A DNA stretch of 64,000 nt from an uncultured Acidimicrobiia bacterium. GTDB taxonomy: Bacteria > Acidobacteriota > Terriglobia > Versatilivoradales > Versatilivoraceae. The notes under the pieces are model-generated. The model ran no database searches, was not told where the DNA came from, and was given only the letters and a program-made list of their open reading frames with translations. Location: contig CAWBAT010000005.1 in the NCBI GenBank assembly GCA_963786955.1, forward strand, positions 192,001-256,000. The letters are read 5' to 3'. The stretch's first letter is position 1. Each line of letters opens with the position of its first letter. Below, in pieces: positions 29,834 to 41,714 of the stretch. The position numbers and the translations under genes are program-made.

Positions 29834-29869
29834 GAAATTTGTGGAGGATCGAGCTACTGCGAGACTGTT

Positions 29870-30200
29870 GTTATAGCCGGGCTCGTTGACCCCGGCCGGC
29901 CTCAGCGAGGCCAGCTACAGCCCAGGAGGGTCGAGTCCGCCAGATGGCGGAGGAGACTGGATTCGCCGACTGAGTGGGGACAGGCATCCTTGCCTGTCCA
30001 GTGGCTGGAAGCCACTATCAGCCACGCTACAGCGTGGCTCGACAGGCCAGGAGGCCTGTCGCTACCAAGTATCATGGCGTCGCGGAGCTCCGCCCACAAC
30101 AAATGTCCCCCTTGTATTTAAGGGGGGAATTCACGGGGGTAGCGACGTGGAGTTCCGTCCTCCAAATTCCTTGGCACTCCTGGAGAGTCGAACTCCTGCG
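29870..30200. repeat. REP-like palindrome cluster
   Basis: GTAG-type palindrome, GACAGGCATCCTTGCCTGTC, GCGGAGCTCCGC and CCCCCTTGTATTTAAGGGGG. Confidence 0.7.
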
Positions 30201-30226
30201 AGACTGCCATTGTGATTTCGTCATTG

Positions 30227-30886
30227 CTAACTTACTTTGACAGTCGAACACAGCATGGACTTCCAGAGAAAAGGTAGTCTGCCTACGAAATGAATCGATG
30301 GCTCGGCAAATCCCTCGGATTTCAGCAAATTGGTTAGAGTCGTGGGAGAAAAGAATTTGACATGTCCCCCATCCCACAAGACGGTCATGTGCCGATCCAT
30401 TCTGCCCGAGACTGCCAGAGCCAGGTATTTGAGGTAGCCGTGGTAGGGCGTAGAAATGATGAGGCGTCCATCTTTTCTCAACACCTTTCTGGCTTGTCGC
30501 ACAAGCTCCCTGGGGTAGAGCAGATGCTCAATGACCTCGACAGAGATGACAAGATCAAACGGAGGCTGCAAATCGTCAAGGGGCAGGTCATAAATACTGG
30601 CCTGAAGGAATTGGCAATCAGGGAAATGACTCTTCGCGAGCCAATACCTGATTCAGATTGGTCAACCCCAACCACCCGATGACCTTTCATGGAAACGAGA
30701 TGACTCAAGACTTCCATTACCACATCCAAGGTCTAGAACATGGAGGCGCCTGCCAGTGCCGATTAACTCGAGCAATTTGGGGGCTACATACGTGTGAGCA
30801 CAGCCCAATTCCGCGATCGAGTAACCATACTCTACTAACGGAACGTTCTGTGAATCGCTAAGAGTTCTGGATATGGCTGTTGACAT
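30227..30886 (-). pseudogene. Class I SAM-dependent methyltransferase, multiply frameshifted
   Basis: VLDLGCGNG, VVGVD and FDLVISVEVIEHL...ISTPYHGY are each in different frames. Confidence 0.75.
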
Positions 30887-31822
30887 TATCGATGGGCGTC
30901 AGGTTGTCTAGCTTGAAATGGGTCGAGCTCCTGCGAGACCGGATTCTCTGACAATCTTGCTGTCGCGGCGTTGCCTTTCTGCTCATAGATTGATGCATCT
31001 ACCAGAAATCGAAACCAGCAACCCTGCAGAAAGTGGAAAATGAGTCCTTCCTTCCCATCGAGAAATCCCAGACGGAGGAAGTACCGATAGAACCAGTACA
31101 GAAAGGCGCGAGAAGAGAGGCAAGCGCAGATAAACTCCCTCCCGCAACCAGCGTCTTTTCTCGATTGGGTTCCCGCCCGCATCGGGCCGGACCCGATTTC
31201 CATTTTTGTGAACTCTCAAGATCTCGTCAGCTTCCAATTGGGCCCATCTTGTGTGGCGCAGAGTCCACGAACGCAGGTTGCAGGCAACAATATCGAGATA
31301 ATCATGCTTTAGTGCTTGCACTCGTCCGTTTACCAAGAAGTGTTGGTCATAGAGCCGGTCCTCGCAGGAGCCATGACTTCGGCGGAAGAGCCTAAGATGG
31401 TAAGAAGGATAGTGCCCCCCGTGGCGGACCCACCTGCCCATAAATATAGTGCGCTTGCGCAGCATGAATCCTTCGATGTCTTGGGGTGGGTTCTGAAGTA
31501 CCTGGTTAATCTCGGCAACCAGTTCAGGTGTGAGACGTTCGTCAGCATCAAGGTGCAGGACCCAATCTCCGGATAAGGGCAAATTATCCTGCGCCCAGTT
31601 CCTCTGTGCGCCGTAATGTTCAAAAGGATGGTGAAAGGTCCGGGCGCCAGCGGACTTTGCAATCTCGAGAGTTCCATCAGTGCTGCCGGAATCGACCACG
31701 AAGATTTCAGAATCCAGTCCTTTGAGGCTCTGCAGGCAACTGGGGAGATTGATCTCCTCGTTCATTGTCAACAGAATGACGGACAGTTTGGTTTCGACAG
31801 CATTCGTCATGATCAAGCGCAA
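30886..31822 (-). pseudogene. GT2 glycosyltransferase, frameshifted near 31120
   Basis: SVILLTMNEE, VDSGSTD and LDADE; C-terminal RLGFLDGKEG in another frame. Confidence 0.8.
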
Positions 31823-33009
31823 TGCCCTATGGCCAGGCTGGAGTTGCCTGTTGCACGGTATAAGTTGATGAGTTCCAGGGCAATGGTAGGCCAGGAGAAA
31901 CGAAGTCTGACTAGCTCTCTTCCGGCCAGCCCGCGTTGCCGCCGCTCCTCCTTGTCCTCGAGAGCAGCCCGGAACGCTTCTTTGAGGTCTTTACCATTCA
32001 ATGGAGTGACCCAACCCGCCCTCGCTGCCACTATCTCATGGCACAGGTTGACCTGGGTGCTCACCAGAACTGGCACGCCGCAGGACAAGGATTCGACAAC
32101 ACAAAGACCGAAGTTCTCCTGGTGTGAAGTCAGTGCCAAGAGATCGGCAGTCCGCAGAGCAGACACCTTCTCAGCTCCCTCCAACCAGCCGGGAAAAAGA
32201 ATGTTGCCTTCAACCTGTTTTTCTCTTGCTAGCTGTTTCAGAGATTGGATGTAAGCGGGATCGCCATCCCCAGCGACCACCAGGCGCCATTGCTGGAAGC
32301 GCTTCTCCGCGATCAGGTCAGCAAACACCTGTATAAACAATTCCAATCCTTTCTTGGGATGAATTCTGCTCATCACCAGCACAAAAGGGTGGGATCCGAG
32401 AGACGGCTGCTTCTGGCGGAAAAGACCAACCTCAGATTCATTCTGGAACATAGCTGAGTCAACCCCCAGGCCGATGACGACTCCCCGCTCCAGGTTGAGG
32501 GAATCCTCGGCTAGACGCCGCTCTTCCTCAGTGGTGTAATGGATCGCTGCAGCCCCCATCAAGATTTGTTTCACGCCCAGTTGCCAGAAGAGCTGCTTCC
32601 TGAAACGCTTCTGTTGCAGGCTCCACGGATCCAGGGTGCCCAGAGGGCGAATGATGTAAGGCACCTTGTGTCGCCGGCTGGCATGGGCTGCCGCCAGGCA
32701 GGCATGGGAAAAGACGGCGTGGATATGCACCACGTCAAATTGTGAAACATTGGCTTCCAGCCATCGGGACAGTGGGTACGAATATTTGAAGGCCTCACTC
32801 CATTGCCGGTGAAAGAAGAGAGTTGGAATATTGTGAAACAGCACTGGCTTGTCACACTCGACAGGTAGGCGCCCGTCACCGTCAGCATCGGTGGTTACCA
32901 CCAACAGATCGAGTCCTGCGCTCCGAAGGGCCGTGCACATTTCGAGAATGGCCCGGCTCGGACCACCGTACCTGGGGGCAACCGAGGGAATGACGTGCAA
33001 TATTCTCAT
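31813..33009 (-). CDS. GT4 glycosyltransferase
   Basis: Start MRILHVIPS at 33009; SRIHPKKG and ENFGLCVVESLSCGVPV motifs. Confidence 0.88.
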   Translation of the reverse strand: MRILHVIPSVAPRYGGPSRAILEMCTALRSAGLDLLVVTTDADGDGRLPVECDKPVLFHNIPTLFFHRQWSEAFKYSYPLSRWLEANVSQFDVVHIHAVFSHACLAAAHASRRHKVPYIIRPLGTLDPWSLQQKRFRKQLFWQLGVKQILMGAAAIHYTTEEERRLAEDSLNLERGVVIGLGVDSAMFQNESEVGLFRQKQPSLGSHPFVLVMSRIHPKKGLELFIQVFADLIAEKRFQQWRLVVAGDGDPAYIQSLKQLAREKQVEGNILFPGWLEGAEKVSALRTADLLALTSHQENFGLCVVESLSCGVPVLVSTQVNLCHEIVAARAGWVTPLNGKDLKEAFRAALEDKEERRQRGLAGRELVRLRFSWPTIALELINLYRATGNSSLAIGHCA

Positions 33010-33016
33010 GGGCGTT

Positions 33017-34986
33017 TCATCTTGTGGCGGCTGCTGCGAGGTTTCCACAGTGCATCCCGTTCTTTTCGATCCATTCTTCGAGCACCACCAGTATCCATAA
33101 TCGGGACCACGAGACATCCTTTCCTTGAGCTAGAAAGGACCGCCAGATCTTTTGCACTTCTTCAGGCTTCATCAGGCCTCGGGCTCTAACCCGGTCAGGA
33201 CTGAGTCGTTCTTCGCAGAACTTTTTGAGCTTTCCTCGCATCCATGGGTCGAATGGGAGAGTAAAGCCTTGTTTGGGACGGTGGGTGACCTCTTCGGGAA
33301 GCTGCACTCCCAGGCTGTTGATCAACAGGGGTTTCGGATTCCTGTTGGACCGCTTGTAGCTGTCCGGTAAACCAATCATATACTCCACCAATTTATGGTC
33401 TAGCAGCGGGACTCGAACTTCCAGGGACAGAGCCATGCTCATCTGGTCCGTGTCTCTCAGGAGAACGTCATGCATATAGGTACGCGCTTCCGCATACGAG
33501 ATCTGGGCAAGAGGGCTTGGCAGACTGCCATTAGCGAAAGCGGCCCGGAGTAGGTTGACATAAGGGTCGGCCATCCCTTCCGGGAAAAGCAGTCGGGAAT
33601 CGGAGACCAACGCCTTCCGTTGAGACTGGGATAGAACCTGGCGAAGCAACGGATACGTTTCGGCGATATTGCCTCCGCTTTCAAGGATGGCCCCGAATTT
33701 GGTCATCGTAATTGAGGAGCCTGCTAGCCCCTGAAAGCTCTTTACCATCATTGAACGCAGCGGCCCTGGCACATGCCCCAAAACTTTGAAGAACCGCTGC
33801 AAATCTGCAAGTCGCCTAAACGACGGGTAGCCTGCAAAAAACTCGTCCCCACCCAATCCCGAGAGTGCTACTTTCACTCCCGCTGCGCTAACGGCTCTGG
33901 ACACAACATAGGTATTGATTCCATCACCGGTGGGCTGGTCCATGGCAGCCACGGCACCGGGAAGCTGATCCAGCAGGTTTTGTTCACTGAGACAAATCTC
34001 GGTGTGTTCGGAGCCAAAGCTGCTTGGCCACCAGTCTGGCATGAGGGCTTCATCAAAATTGCTTTCGGAGAAAGCTACAGAGAATGTGCGTGGGACTGTA
34101 CCGCTCTTGCACATCAAGGCCACGATGGCACTCGAATCGATCCCCCCAGAAAGAAAAACCCCCACTGGCACATCGCTCACCAGATGAGAAGCGACGGAAT
34201 CCTGCAGAAGCTGCTCGATTCGTTTCTGCGCTTCCTCTAATGGTACGTCTTGCGCCCGGGAGTCGCCATCTTCAAGGAGGTCCCAGTACCGATGCAGGTC
34301 GGAGTGCGCGTGAACATCAACTTCCATCCAGGTCCCCGGCAGGAGGGCTTTGACTCCCTCTACCATGGTCCGCGGGGCCGGCACAGACTGGTAAGCCAGG
34401 TATTCATGGAAGGCAACAATATCCAATTCTCTTGGGACCAGCTCACTTGCCAGCAGAGATCTCACCTCGGAGGAGAAGAGAAAGAGGCCGTCGCGGCTGT
34501 GATAGTAGAGCGGCTTGATCCCCAGTCGATCTCTAGCCAAAAAGAGTTTTTGCCTTTGCTCATCCCAGAGTGCAAAAGCAAACATTCCCCTGAAGTGATT
34601 CACACATGCATTGCCCCACCGGGCATAGGCCTTAGAATGACTTCAGTGTCGGTCTTCGATCTCCAGCCCCCAGGCGGGTCTCCAAGCTCCTGCCGCAGTT
34701 CCCGGTAGTTATAGATCTCACCGTTGTACGTGATCCAATTTCCCGTACTCGGGTCAAGCATGGGCTGGTGCCCAGCCTGAGACAAGTCCAAGATTGAAAG
34801 GCGAGTGTGGCCAAGGGCAATCAGGCTTTCCGCGTTGACAATAATCTGTACCCCTTGATCGTCTGGCCCGCGATGAGCAAGAGCTCGCGTCATTCGAGCC
34901 ACAATTTCATTAAGCCGTGTGTCAAGGGAGGAATCTGTTTGGCCCCTATCATTGGCCGACTTCAGAATTCCTGTTATTCCGCACAT
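33017..34986 (-). pseudogene. asnB: Asparagine synthase (glutamine-hydrolysing) / polysaccharide amidotransferase, frameshifted near 34620
   Basis: MCGI N-terminus, HRGPD, NGEIYN, LSGGIDSS and SLEVRVP; an additional compensated shift is likely near 34020-34050. Confidence 0.82.
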
Positions 34987-35111
34987 CAGTTTTCTATGAT
35001 TAGACTAACTATTAATAGAGTTCAGAGATATGAGTTACGACGATCTGCAATCGATTTAGGTTTATATTGTCAAATTCTACTTGAACCAAAATTGCATTCA
35101 GAATTACAGGA

Positions 35112-36267
35112 CTACAATCGTTGAGAATAGCAAGAAGAGGCAGCAGCCCCGGTTTTAAGCCGGCCAGCTATTGCTGCGTTTTCTCCATGGTGAGTATCCA
35201 GAGTTCCATTGATGGCCGAATGGAAACGCTCAACCCCATCCGATAAATTATGCTTGGACACTGTGAGGCGGGCCGCGCTTGAACGCTCTAAGCGTTGGTC
35301 GAGAGAAAGAAGGACAGCGTCTCGCATCGCCTGATAAAGAGACCCTTCATCTCCGGCTGGAATGAGCCATCCATTCTTCTGGTTGATAAATTCCAGTGCA
35401 GCCCCCGTTCGGTCCGTACTAATCACAGGCAATCCCGCCGCCAGCCCTTCGGGAACAACCAGTCCCCAACCGTCATAACGAGATGGCACGCAGAGAAAAT
35501 CAGAGCGCCGGTAAAATTCTGGCAGTTCCTCCCAGCTTCTAAACCCCCGGAAGTGAACACGGTCTTGATGCTTCAGCAACATCCTTTCCAGCTTGGGACG
35601 CAGTGGCCCCTCACCAACAAGGTCCAGCTGAACGAATGGAAATTCCCCAGCCAGTCTGCTGAATGCCATTGCCAGTAGGTCAATGCCTTTTCGGTAAATC
35701 AATGAGCCGGAGTATAAGGAACCTTAGTTCTTTGTCGTGATTGCCTGACTTACTTTGAATGGGGGCGAAGCGATTCAGGTTGGAATAGTAGGGAACATTG
35801 AAGTACCTTCGATTTGGACCAAATTCCCGACGATATTGGTCGACGGCCCATCCACCGATTCCCCAGATGGATATGTTTGATCTGTGCAGAGCAGCCAGCT
35901 TCCATTTCCTATATAGAGTCCCCAGGCGTTCGAAACCGCGATAACCGGGTCTTTCACCCCAAAAGGACCACGCCTTGCCAGTCTTCACTCGAACCTTGAG
36001 CAACCGCAGAAGTAGCGGGTTCTGGTAGTAATTGAAAATCACCAGGTCAGCGGAAGCCATTTGGGCTTCTGCGACTTCACATTTTGAATCCTCGCCATTG
36101 AGAAAGAGGTACTCATGCTGAAGGCCCGAGACATTCCACAACCGGTTAGCTGATGTTTCATGGAGATAGACCACCTGCAAGGAATGCAAACCATGCCGGG
36201 TGAGCGCGTCGAACAGCTCCACCTGATAGGGAGAGGGGATATGGGTAATGACCTGGATCTTTGCCAC
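35112..36267 (-). pseudogene. GT4 glycosyltransferase, frameshifted near 35700
   Basis: HIPSPYQ N-terminus; RKG and PSRYDGWGLVVPEGLAAGLPVI in the second ORF. Confidence 0.8.
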
Positions 36268-36289
36268 AGTTCAATTGACTATAAGCTTA

Positions 36290-36785
36290 ACTAGGCCTCA
36301 TTCCCCTCCACGCTGGAGGGGAATGAGACTTAAGGCTTTAGGGGGGCTCTCGGACCTGTCGTTTACACGACCCAGCAAGTTAAACCTTGCAGGTCCTCAA
36401 TCCCCTGAAATTTGAAAGTATTGGTTTCGGTGTTGCATTGAGAATGTCCCCCTTGGTTAAGTGAGCATGCCCCATATCTTTTTTTGGCTGGACACGGGGG
36501 GTTCCTGAAAGCCTGACGGTGAGCCAGTTTTCAGCCCTGTAGGGGCCACGCATTGTAGCCCAGGGCAAGCGCCTAAGCGCGCCGCCCTGGGGTGAAAGAA
36601 CATCCGAATTACCCGCCTCCTCCCCCGCTTGGGAATCCTAAGATTCGGTGAAACGTGCTCCCAAAGCGGGGAGGGGGAAGGGGAGTGGGGGCCTTGACGT
36701 AAGGGTTCGGGAGCAAACGATTAGCCCCCCGTCTCCAGCCACCTGACTTATTGGTAAGGTTCAGCTTAGTTAAGGGGGACCTCAT
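36290..36785. repeat. Palindrome/REP-like cluster
   Basis: CTCATTCCCCTCCACGCTGGAGGGGAATGAG, GCCCTGTAGGGGC...GCCCAGGGC...GCCCTGGG and related hairpins. Confidence 0.65.
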
Positions 36786-36808
36786 TCTTACAATCAGCAA
36801 ATAAGCCA

Positions 36809-38236
36809 TCACCAATCTGCTGCCCAACGATTTCGCACAGCCGGCTTGGGAAAAAGCGACGGGCGCAGAAACAGGCGATCCACCACGATCAGACACAACA
36901 GCGGGTACGTGGTCAAAATGACTTCGATCATACTGCGGATGCCCAGGAACAAAGCCATCAAGCCCATTCCATAAACTGCAATCCCCGTTGGAGTCTCTGA
37001 CTGGTCGAAGAGCTGAGTCCACCATCTGGCCAGAATACCAAACAAAAGACCTCCTCCAGCAACCCCCCACCATCCGAAGGCCATATACCATTCCCCTATT
37101 GAAGACATGCTGTAGCTGACACCCTTGTAACCCAGGAATTCGGGCAGCGAAAAGCCTGGATCGATGGGTTTCCCAGGCCATAAGATCCGTGGCACGGGGC
37201 GCACGACAATATACCAGAGCCAGTCGAAACCAACATGAGGATGGTCTTTAGGGATGATTTGGATGATCTGCGCCAGTCTCAGGAAGTTGTCATCCACCTT
37301 CACTTGATGGATTTCATCCGTTTCGTAGGAAAAGTCCCGGAATCCACGATTGCGGGTGTCTAACATGATTTCCATGATGAACAACAAACTGACCACGATC
37401 GAAACCGTCAATAGCACATGCTTGGGACGAAGGCGATCCCGGTGAACACCCAGCCAGGTGAACAAAGCCGCTCCTACGATCACCCCGGGTAGCCTCCGGC
37501 CTCCACCCTGGGCCACGAACAAAAGGAAAATCACTGATAACACAAGTCCGACAATCACGGACCAATGATTCCAGGTCCGCCGCCGCAGAGCCAGCATTAC
37601 GGTGAAGGTGGGCAGTGCGTAGCCAAAGTAGGTCATGAAATCGAGGAAAGCATTCCAACCCCCTAATGCTCCACGGGACCATGGCGCCCCCCATCTGTTC
37701 TCAAGCAAACCACCGATCATCGTGGAAATCGAAAAGTCACTGTAGAAGGCAAAATCAAACATCCCCAAAATGAAAAAGATAATCAGAGCCTTAAAAAGCA
37801 ATCGGGTCGAGTATTCGTGCGAGGTCAGATTCTTCAGGACTTTCGGGAGCGGCCGCGGCTGGATTGCCGAACCCACAACGCATCCTGCCGCGAAAAGGCT
37901 AATGGCGACGAATGCTTCGCTGACAGCCCAGGCCATATCGTCCACCATGTATAGGCTTTGGATTAGATCCACCAAAATGAAGTAGACCAATCCCACATAG
38001 ATGCAATGCTGGGCGGCAAAGCCCCGTTTGATGCCACGAACAAAGATGTCTGCGACAACACAACCCAGCACTCCGGCCGTCATGGCCACGGCAGGCCACC
38101 TCAAGAGATGCTCTGACGTGTTGGCTTCGGGGATGAGTTCAATGGCCACGACCAGCCCTAGGACCAAGCTAGCCAAGGAGAGAGTCGTAACCAGCGAGTC
38201 CATTTGGTTATATGACTTCATCTTCATGTAAGTCAA
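36809..38236 (-). CDS. Wzy-like polysaccharide polymerase
   Basis: About 10-12 predicted TM segments, GGRR, RPVPRILWPGKP and SIGEWYMAFG; start may be ATG 38203. Confidence 0.75.
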   Translation of the reverse strand: MTYMKMKSYNQMDSLVTTLSLASLVLGLVVAIELIPEANTSEHLLRWPAVAMTAGVLGCVVADIFVRGIKRGFAAQHCIYVGLVYFILVDLIQSLYMVDDMAWAVSEAFVAISLFAAGCVVGSAIQPRPLPKVLKNLTSHEYSTRLLFKALIIFFILGMFDFAFYSDFSISTMIGGLLENRWGAPWSRGALGGWNAFLDFMTYFGYALPTFTVMLALRRRTWNHWSVIVGLVLSVIFLLFVAQGGGRRLPGVIVGAALFTWLGVHRDRLRPKHVLLTVSIVVSLLFIMEIMLDTRNRGFRDFSYETDEIHQVKVDDNFLRLAQIIQIIPKDHPHVGFDWLWYIVVRPVPRILWPGKPIDPGFSLPEFLGYKGVSYSMSSIGEWYMAFGWWGVAGGGLLFGILARWWTQLFDQSETPTGIAVYGMGLMALFLGIRSMIEVILTTYPLLCLIVVDRLFLRPSLFPKPAVRNRWAADW

Positions 38237-38239
38237 AGA

Positions 38240-38445
38240 ATTCCCTCTTTGAAGGGGGATTTAGGGGAATGTTTCTGAGTCGTTCCTGGCCAATCACTGT
38301 TTGAACAAGTGATTCCCCATTTTGAAGGGGGAAGGTGTGAAGTAATTCGATTTTGGTTCCCCTCCTTGGTAAGGAGGGGCCAGCGGGTGGTAGTAAGTCC
38401 TCATTCACAAACCCCCTCTAGTCCCCCTTAACCAAGGGGGACACT
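38240..38445. repeat. Hairpin cluster
   Basis: CCCTCTTTGAAGGG, TTCCCCATTTTGAAGGGGGAA, CCCCTCCTTGGTAAGGAGGGG and GTCCCCCTTAACCAAGGGGGAC. Confidence 0.7.
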
Positions 38446-38523
38446 TGAAGAGCGACACCGAAACTAATTCTTTCACACTTTCTGAGGAGTCAGGAGGATG
38501 TCTCTGAGTCGTTCCAGACCAGG

Positions 38524-39759
38524 CTAACCAACAGCGACATTTTGCAGCATCTCGACGGGCCGATGGGTCTGCTGGGCAAGTTGACTATAGAAAGCCTGAG
38601 CCCTATTTCCGTAAGCCTCCCAGGTTACCTCTTGGGCCCGCTCAAGCGCAGCGTTGCCCATTTGCTCGCGAAAATCTGGATTCTCATAGAGATAGAGGAT
38701 TTTCTCTTTCAACGCTTCAACGTCACGAATAGGAACAATAAAGCCCTCCTTCCCATTGGTCACAACTTCCTTCGACCCACAGTTTTCAGTCACGATCACG
38801 GGCAGTCCGCATGCCATGGCTTCGGGTACAACCAGGCCAAAGGAGTCGGTTAAAGACGGTAAGACCAAGACTGAACTGCTACTGTAGTAATTGGCTAAAT
38901 CTGACTTGGGCAGCGCAGGAATATGAGTAAATTTGCCTTCACATCTCTTGAGAATGGGTTTGAAGTTGGGATCGAGTGGTCCGATTAACAACAATTCAGC
39001 CTTGATTGGCTTCAACTGATCAAACGCCTGAAGAAGATAATGAACTCCCTTCTCCGCCGTGATCCGACCCACATATAGGATGCGAAAGCCGCTTGCCATT
39101 GCCCCCTTCCTTTGGAAATAACTCAGGTCAGTGCCATACTGATTGACGACGATGCGACTGGCCTCATTGCCGTGCCTCACAAAGGTCTCTTTTACGTAGG
39201 AGGAGGGGACTACTAGATAGTCCGCTAGATCGAATTCCTCCAGCATCTTCTCTACATACAATTGACCAGGATTCTTAGCAGCGATCCCTAGTCTTTTGTA
39301 TTCTTCTTCGAGCAGGCTCCTCTGAAAGACAGGATGCGCCTGGCGGACATCACAAACTAGGGTAGCACCGAATCTTTTGGCTTTTCTGCCGCAATACAGC
39401 CCCACACTATTCACAAAATGGAAGACGTCACAATCTTCAATCCATCGTTCTGCCATCCAGTCAAACAAATGATTGTTGATCCAGTTTCCGCGATCTGCTG
39501 ATATTAATCCTGTCATCGGGAGACCGCGTTGCAACAGCTCAGGCAGCCACAATTGCCGGATTTTTTCCTCTGTGACTCCGTTGATTCTTCTGCCTTCCAA
39601 TTTCCTTTGCCAGTAATCCGGTAGAATACCGGGTGTACTGACTCCGGTTGTGAGGGCAATGGTAGTGATGTATCTCTTGAGACATCCTGATTGCTGTAGG
39701 GCACTAGCCAGGTGGTGATAGTGCGGGACGTTGGATAGAAGAATAGTTTCCAGACTCAT
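38524..39759 (-). CDS. GT4 glycosyltransferase
   Basis: VGRITAEKG and PSLTDSFGLVVPEAMACGLPV motifs. Confidence 0.9.
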   Translation of the reverse strand: MSLETILLSNVPHYHHLASALQQSGCLKRYITTIALTTGVSTPGILPDYWQRKLEGRRINGVTEEKIRQLWLPELLQRGLPMTGLISADRGNWINNHLFDWMAERWIEDCDVFHFVNSVGLYCGRKAKRFGATLVCDVRQAHPVFQRSLLEEEYKRLGIAAKNPGQLYVEKMLEEFDLADYLVVPSSYVKETFVRHGNEASRIVVNQYGTDLSYFQRKGAMASGFRILYVGRITAEKGVHYLLQAFDQLKPIKAELLLIGPLDPNFKPILKRCEGKFTHIPALPKSDLANYYSSSSVLVLPSLTDSFGLVVPEAMACGLPVIVTENCGSKEVVTNGKEGFIVPIRDVEALKEKILYLYENPDFREQMGNAALERAQEVTWEAYGNRAQAFYSQLAQQTHRPVEMLQNVAVG

Positions 39760-40700
39760 TAGTGCTGCACGGGGGCCTTTAAATTTCGGTGCATTGGTTG
39801 CCGCCCTAAACCCCAGACGAGAGTGGGGTCAGTTACCTTTGACCGATTAATCATCAAACATCGACGTAGGGTCTCGGTCTTTACCGCCTTGCGATTTCGT
39901 AATGCCATAAGAAGCATTCTGAAGGCATCAACCCAGACGCGGCATTCGACCGTCCACCAACGCCTACCCAGACTGTACCAAAGTTGAGAATTCATTCTCC
40001 ACAGCATCAATGGGATGACATAAATTAAGGGAGCACGCATCCATGTGCTGAGAATTTCGTTGCGAGCGTGATAATAATGAGTACGCTGTTCATTCCGGTT
40101 CAGATTACTGAATTCGTGCCAGACCAATATGTCGTTCCAACAGAGACAACGATAGCCGGCATCCCATATCCGAATGGCCAAGTCAGGCTCCTCGTAGGCG
40201 TGCCAGAAGAAGGAAGGGTACAGACCAGTTTTCTCTAGCACTTTCCTCCTCAATGCAAACCTTGCTGAGCTGTAGCTTGAGGTGTGATATTCCCCATGCC
40301 TTCGCGCCGGAGAACTTTCAGGAATACGTTCCGGAAATTCTGGGCCGATGTCCTGAAAGTCAATCAGCCCCAAATCGGGCTCTTGCTGAAATCTTTCTAC
40401 CACCTTGCCGGTGCTGTCCTTTTCCATAAACCGGCTATCGTCGTCAAAGCCAATGAGGATGTCCCCTGTGACCCTTTCGAAGATTTGATTTCGACTAGCC
40501 ACAGAACCTTGAGCGGGTTCATTTCGCGTGAGAATCACACCGGGGAAAAGGGTGCGGACTGCCTCAAAGGTTCCATCACTGGAGCCATCATCAATAACGT
40601 GCACTTCTTTATCTGGATAAGTCTGTTCATGACATGACCGCAGGGTCTTCAACAACTCTTCCCTGCGGTTGTGTGATGCCACCATGAAGCTTACTTTCAT
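39759..40700 (-). CDS. GT2 glycosyltransferase
   Basis: IDDGSSD, FDDD and EEPDL motifs. Confidence 0.88.
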   Translation of the reverse strand: MKVSFMVASHNRREELLKTLRSCHEQTYPDKEVHVIDDGSSDGTFEAVRTLFPGVILTRNEPAQGSVASRNQIFERVTGDILIGFDDDSRFMEKDSTGKVVERFQQEPDLGLIDFQDIGPEFPERIPESSPARRHGEYHTSSYSSARFALRRKVLEKTGLYPSFFWHAYEEPDLAIRIWDAGYRCLCWNDILVWHEFSNLNRNEQRTHYYHARNEILSTWMRAPLIYVIPLMLWRMNSQLWYSLGRRWWTVECRVWVDAFRMLLMALRNRKAVKTETLRRCLMINRSKVTDPTLVWGLGRQPMHRNLKAPVQH

Positions 40701-40777
40701 GCGACTGGGAAATTGAAAGAACTCAATGATGTCCGCTTCATTTTCAACAAAGGCATGTCATCGATTTTCATCGTATC

Positions 40778-41713
40778 TCACAAGGGTGAAACCAAAACAA
40801 TTCTCGTAAGCGCCCTTAGTCGGCCAATGCATCGCGGCATAAAACCCTCGAATCTGAGTCGACGGAGTGCTCCAAGCAGGTTGCTGAGAGTTTCAATCAG
40901 GAAGAATACACCCACTTGACCGAAAGAAATAATTGCCCCATTCCCCATCGTGTTACGCATGATCCAAAACCGATTATAAAGGTCATCTTCCGCTACTTCC
41001 GCTGTAGGAAGGCGACCACCTGATGCTTGATGGTGAGCTAAACGAGCTGACGGGCAAAAAAGAATCTTCCCGATTGACCTTAGTTTCAGACCAAGATCCA
41101 CGTCCTCATTCACAGTACAACGGTGCAGAAAGAAATCTGAGAACCCGCCTACCGTTTCAAAAGCTGAGCGCCGAACGAGACTGTTGCCGGCCCCAATCCA
41201 GTCCATCGGCAGAGGCGAAGCAGGTGTAGGATTGAATCCGAATCGTAGAAGCGGCCCCACCACTCGACCTTGCCACTGATCCTCCTTCAATCGCAGCCCA
41301 TAACGAAGATAGATTCGCCAGGCGATCGTTGGCATTGCCCAGGGCTGATTATTGAAATCAGCCACGACACCAACTACATCAGAACGCGACTGCAATAACA
41401 GCGTCAGGTTCTGAAGGCAATCCATCTCCAGAACGACGTCGTCATCCAACAACAGTAGCAAGTCGCCCCGAGCCGATTGGATCGCTGCTTTCCTTTGGAG
41501 AACCGCATTCGGTGGGGTCACCTCAACCCGGCGGACATGCAAACCTAATCCCGACCAGCGGTCGCTGTCTGTCACGGCCGCTATTTGGCCGCTGCCGCTG
41601 CTGTCCGCCACCACGACCTCATCCGGCTTCATGGTTTGCTCAGCCAGCGATTGAAGAAGCATAGAAAGCGAATCGGGGCGGCCAATCGTAGGAACAATCG
41701 CGGAGATGGACAC
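40778..41713 (-). CDS. GT2 glycosyltransferase
   Basis: SAIVPTIGR, LDDD and EDVDL motifs. Confidence 0.88.
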   Translation of the reverse strand: MSISAIVPTIGRPDSLSMLLQSLAEQTMKPDEVVVADSSGSGQIAAVTDSDRWSGLGLHVRRVEVTPPNAVLQRKAAIQSARGDLLLLLDDDVVLEMDCLQNLTLLLQSRSDVVGVVADFNNQPWAMPTIAWRIYLRYGLRLKEDQWQGRVVGPLLRFGFNPTPASPLPMDWIGAGNSLVRRSAFETVGGFSDFFLHRCTVNEDVDLGLKLRSIGKILFCPSARLAHHQASGGRLPTAEVAEDDLYNRFWIMRNTMGNGAIISFGQVGVFFLIETLSNLLGALRRLRFEGFMPRCIGRLRALTRIVLVSPL

Positions 41714-41714
41714 T

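Noticed and set aside
33017-34986. Second lasso cyclase
   Set aside because: It retains the catalytic N-terminal Cys (MCGI), sits among glycosyltransferases and has no adjacent B genes or precursor, so it is an EPS amidotransferase
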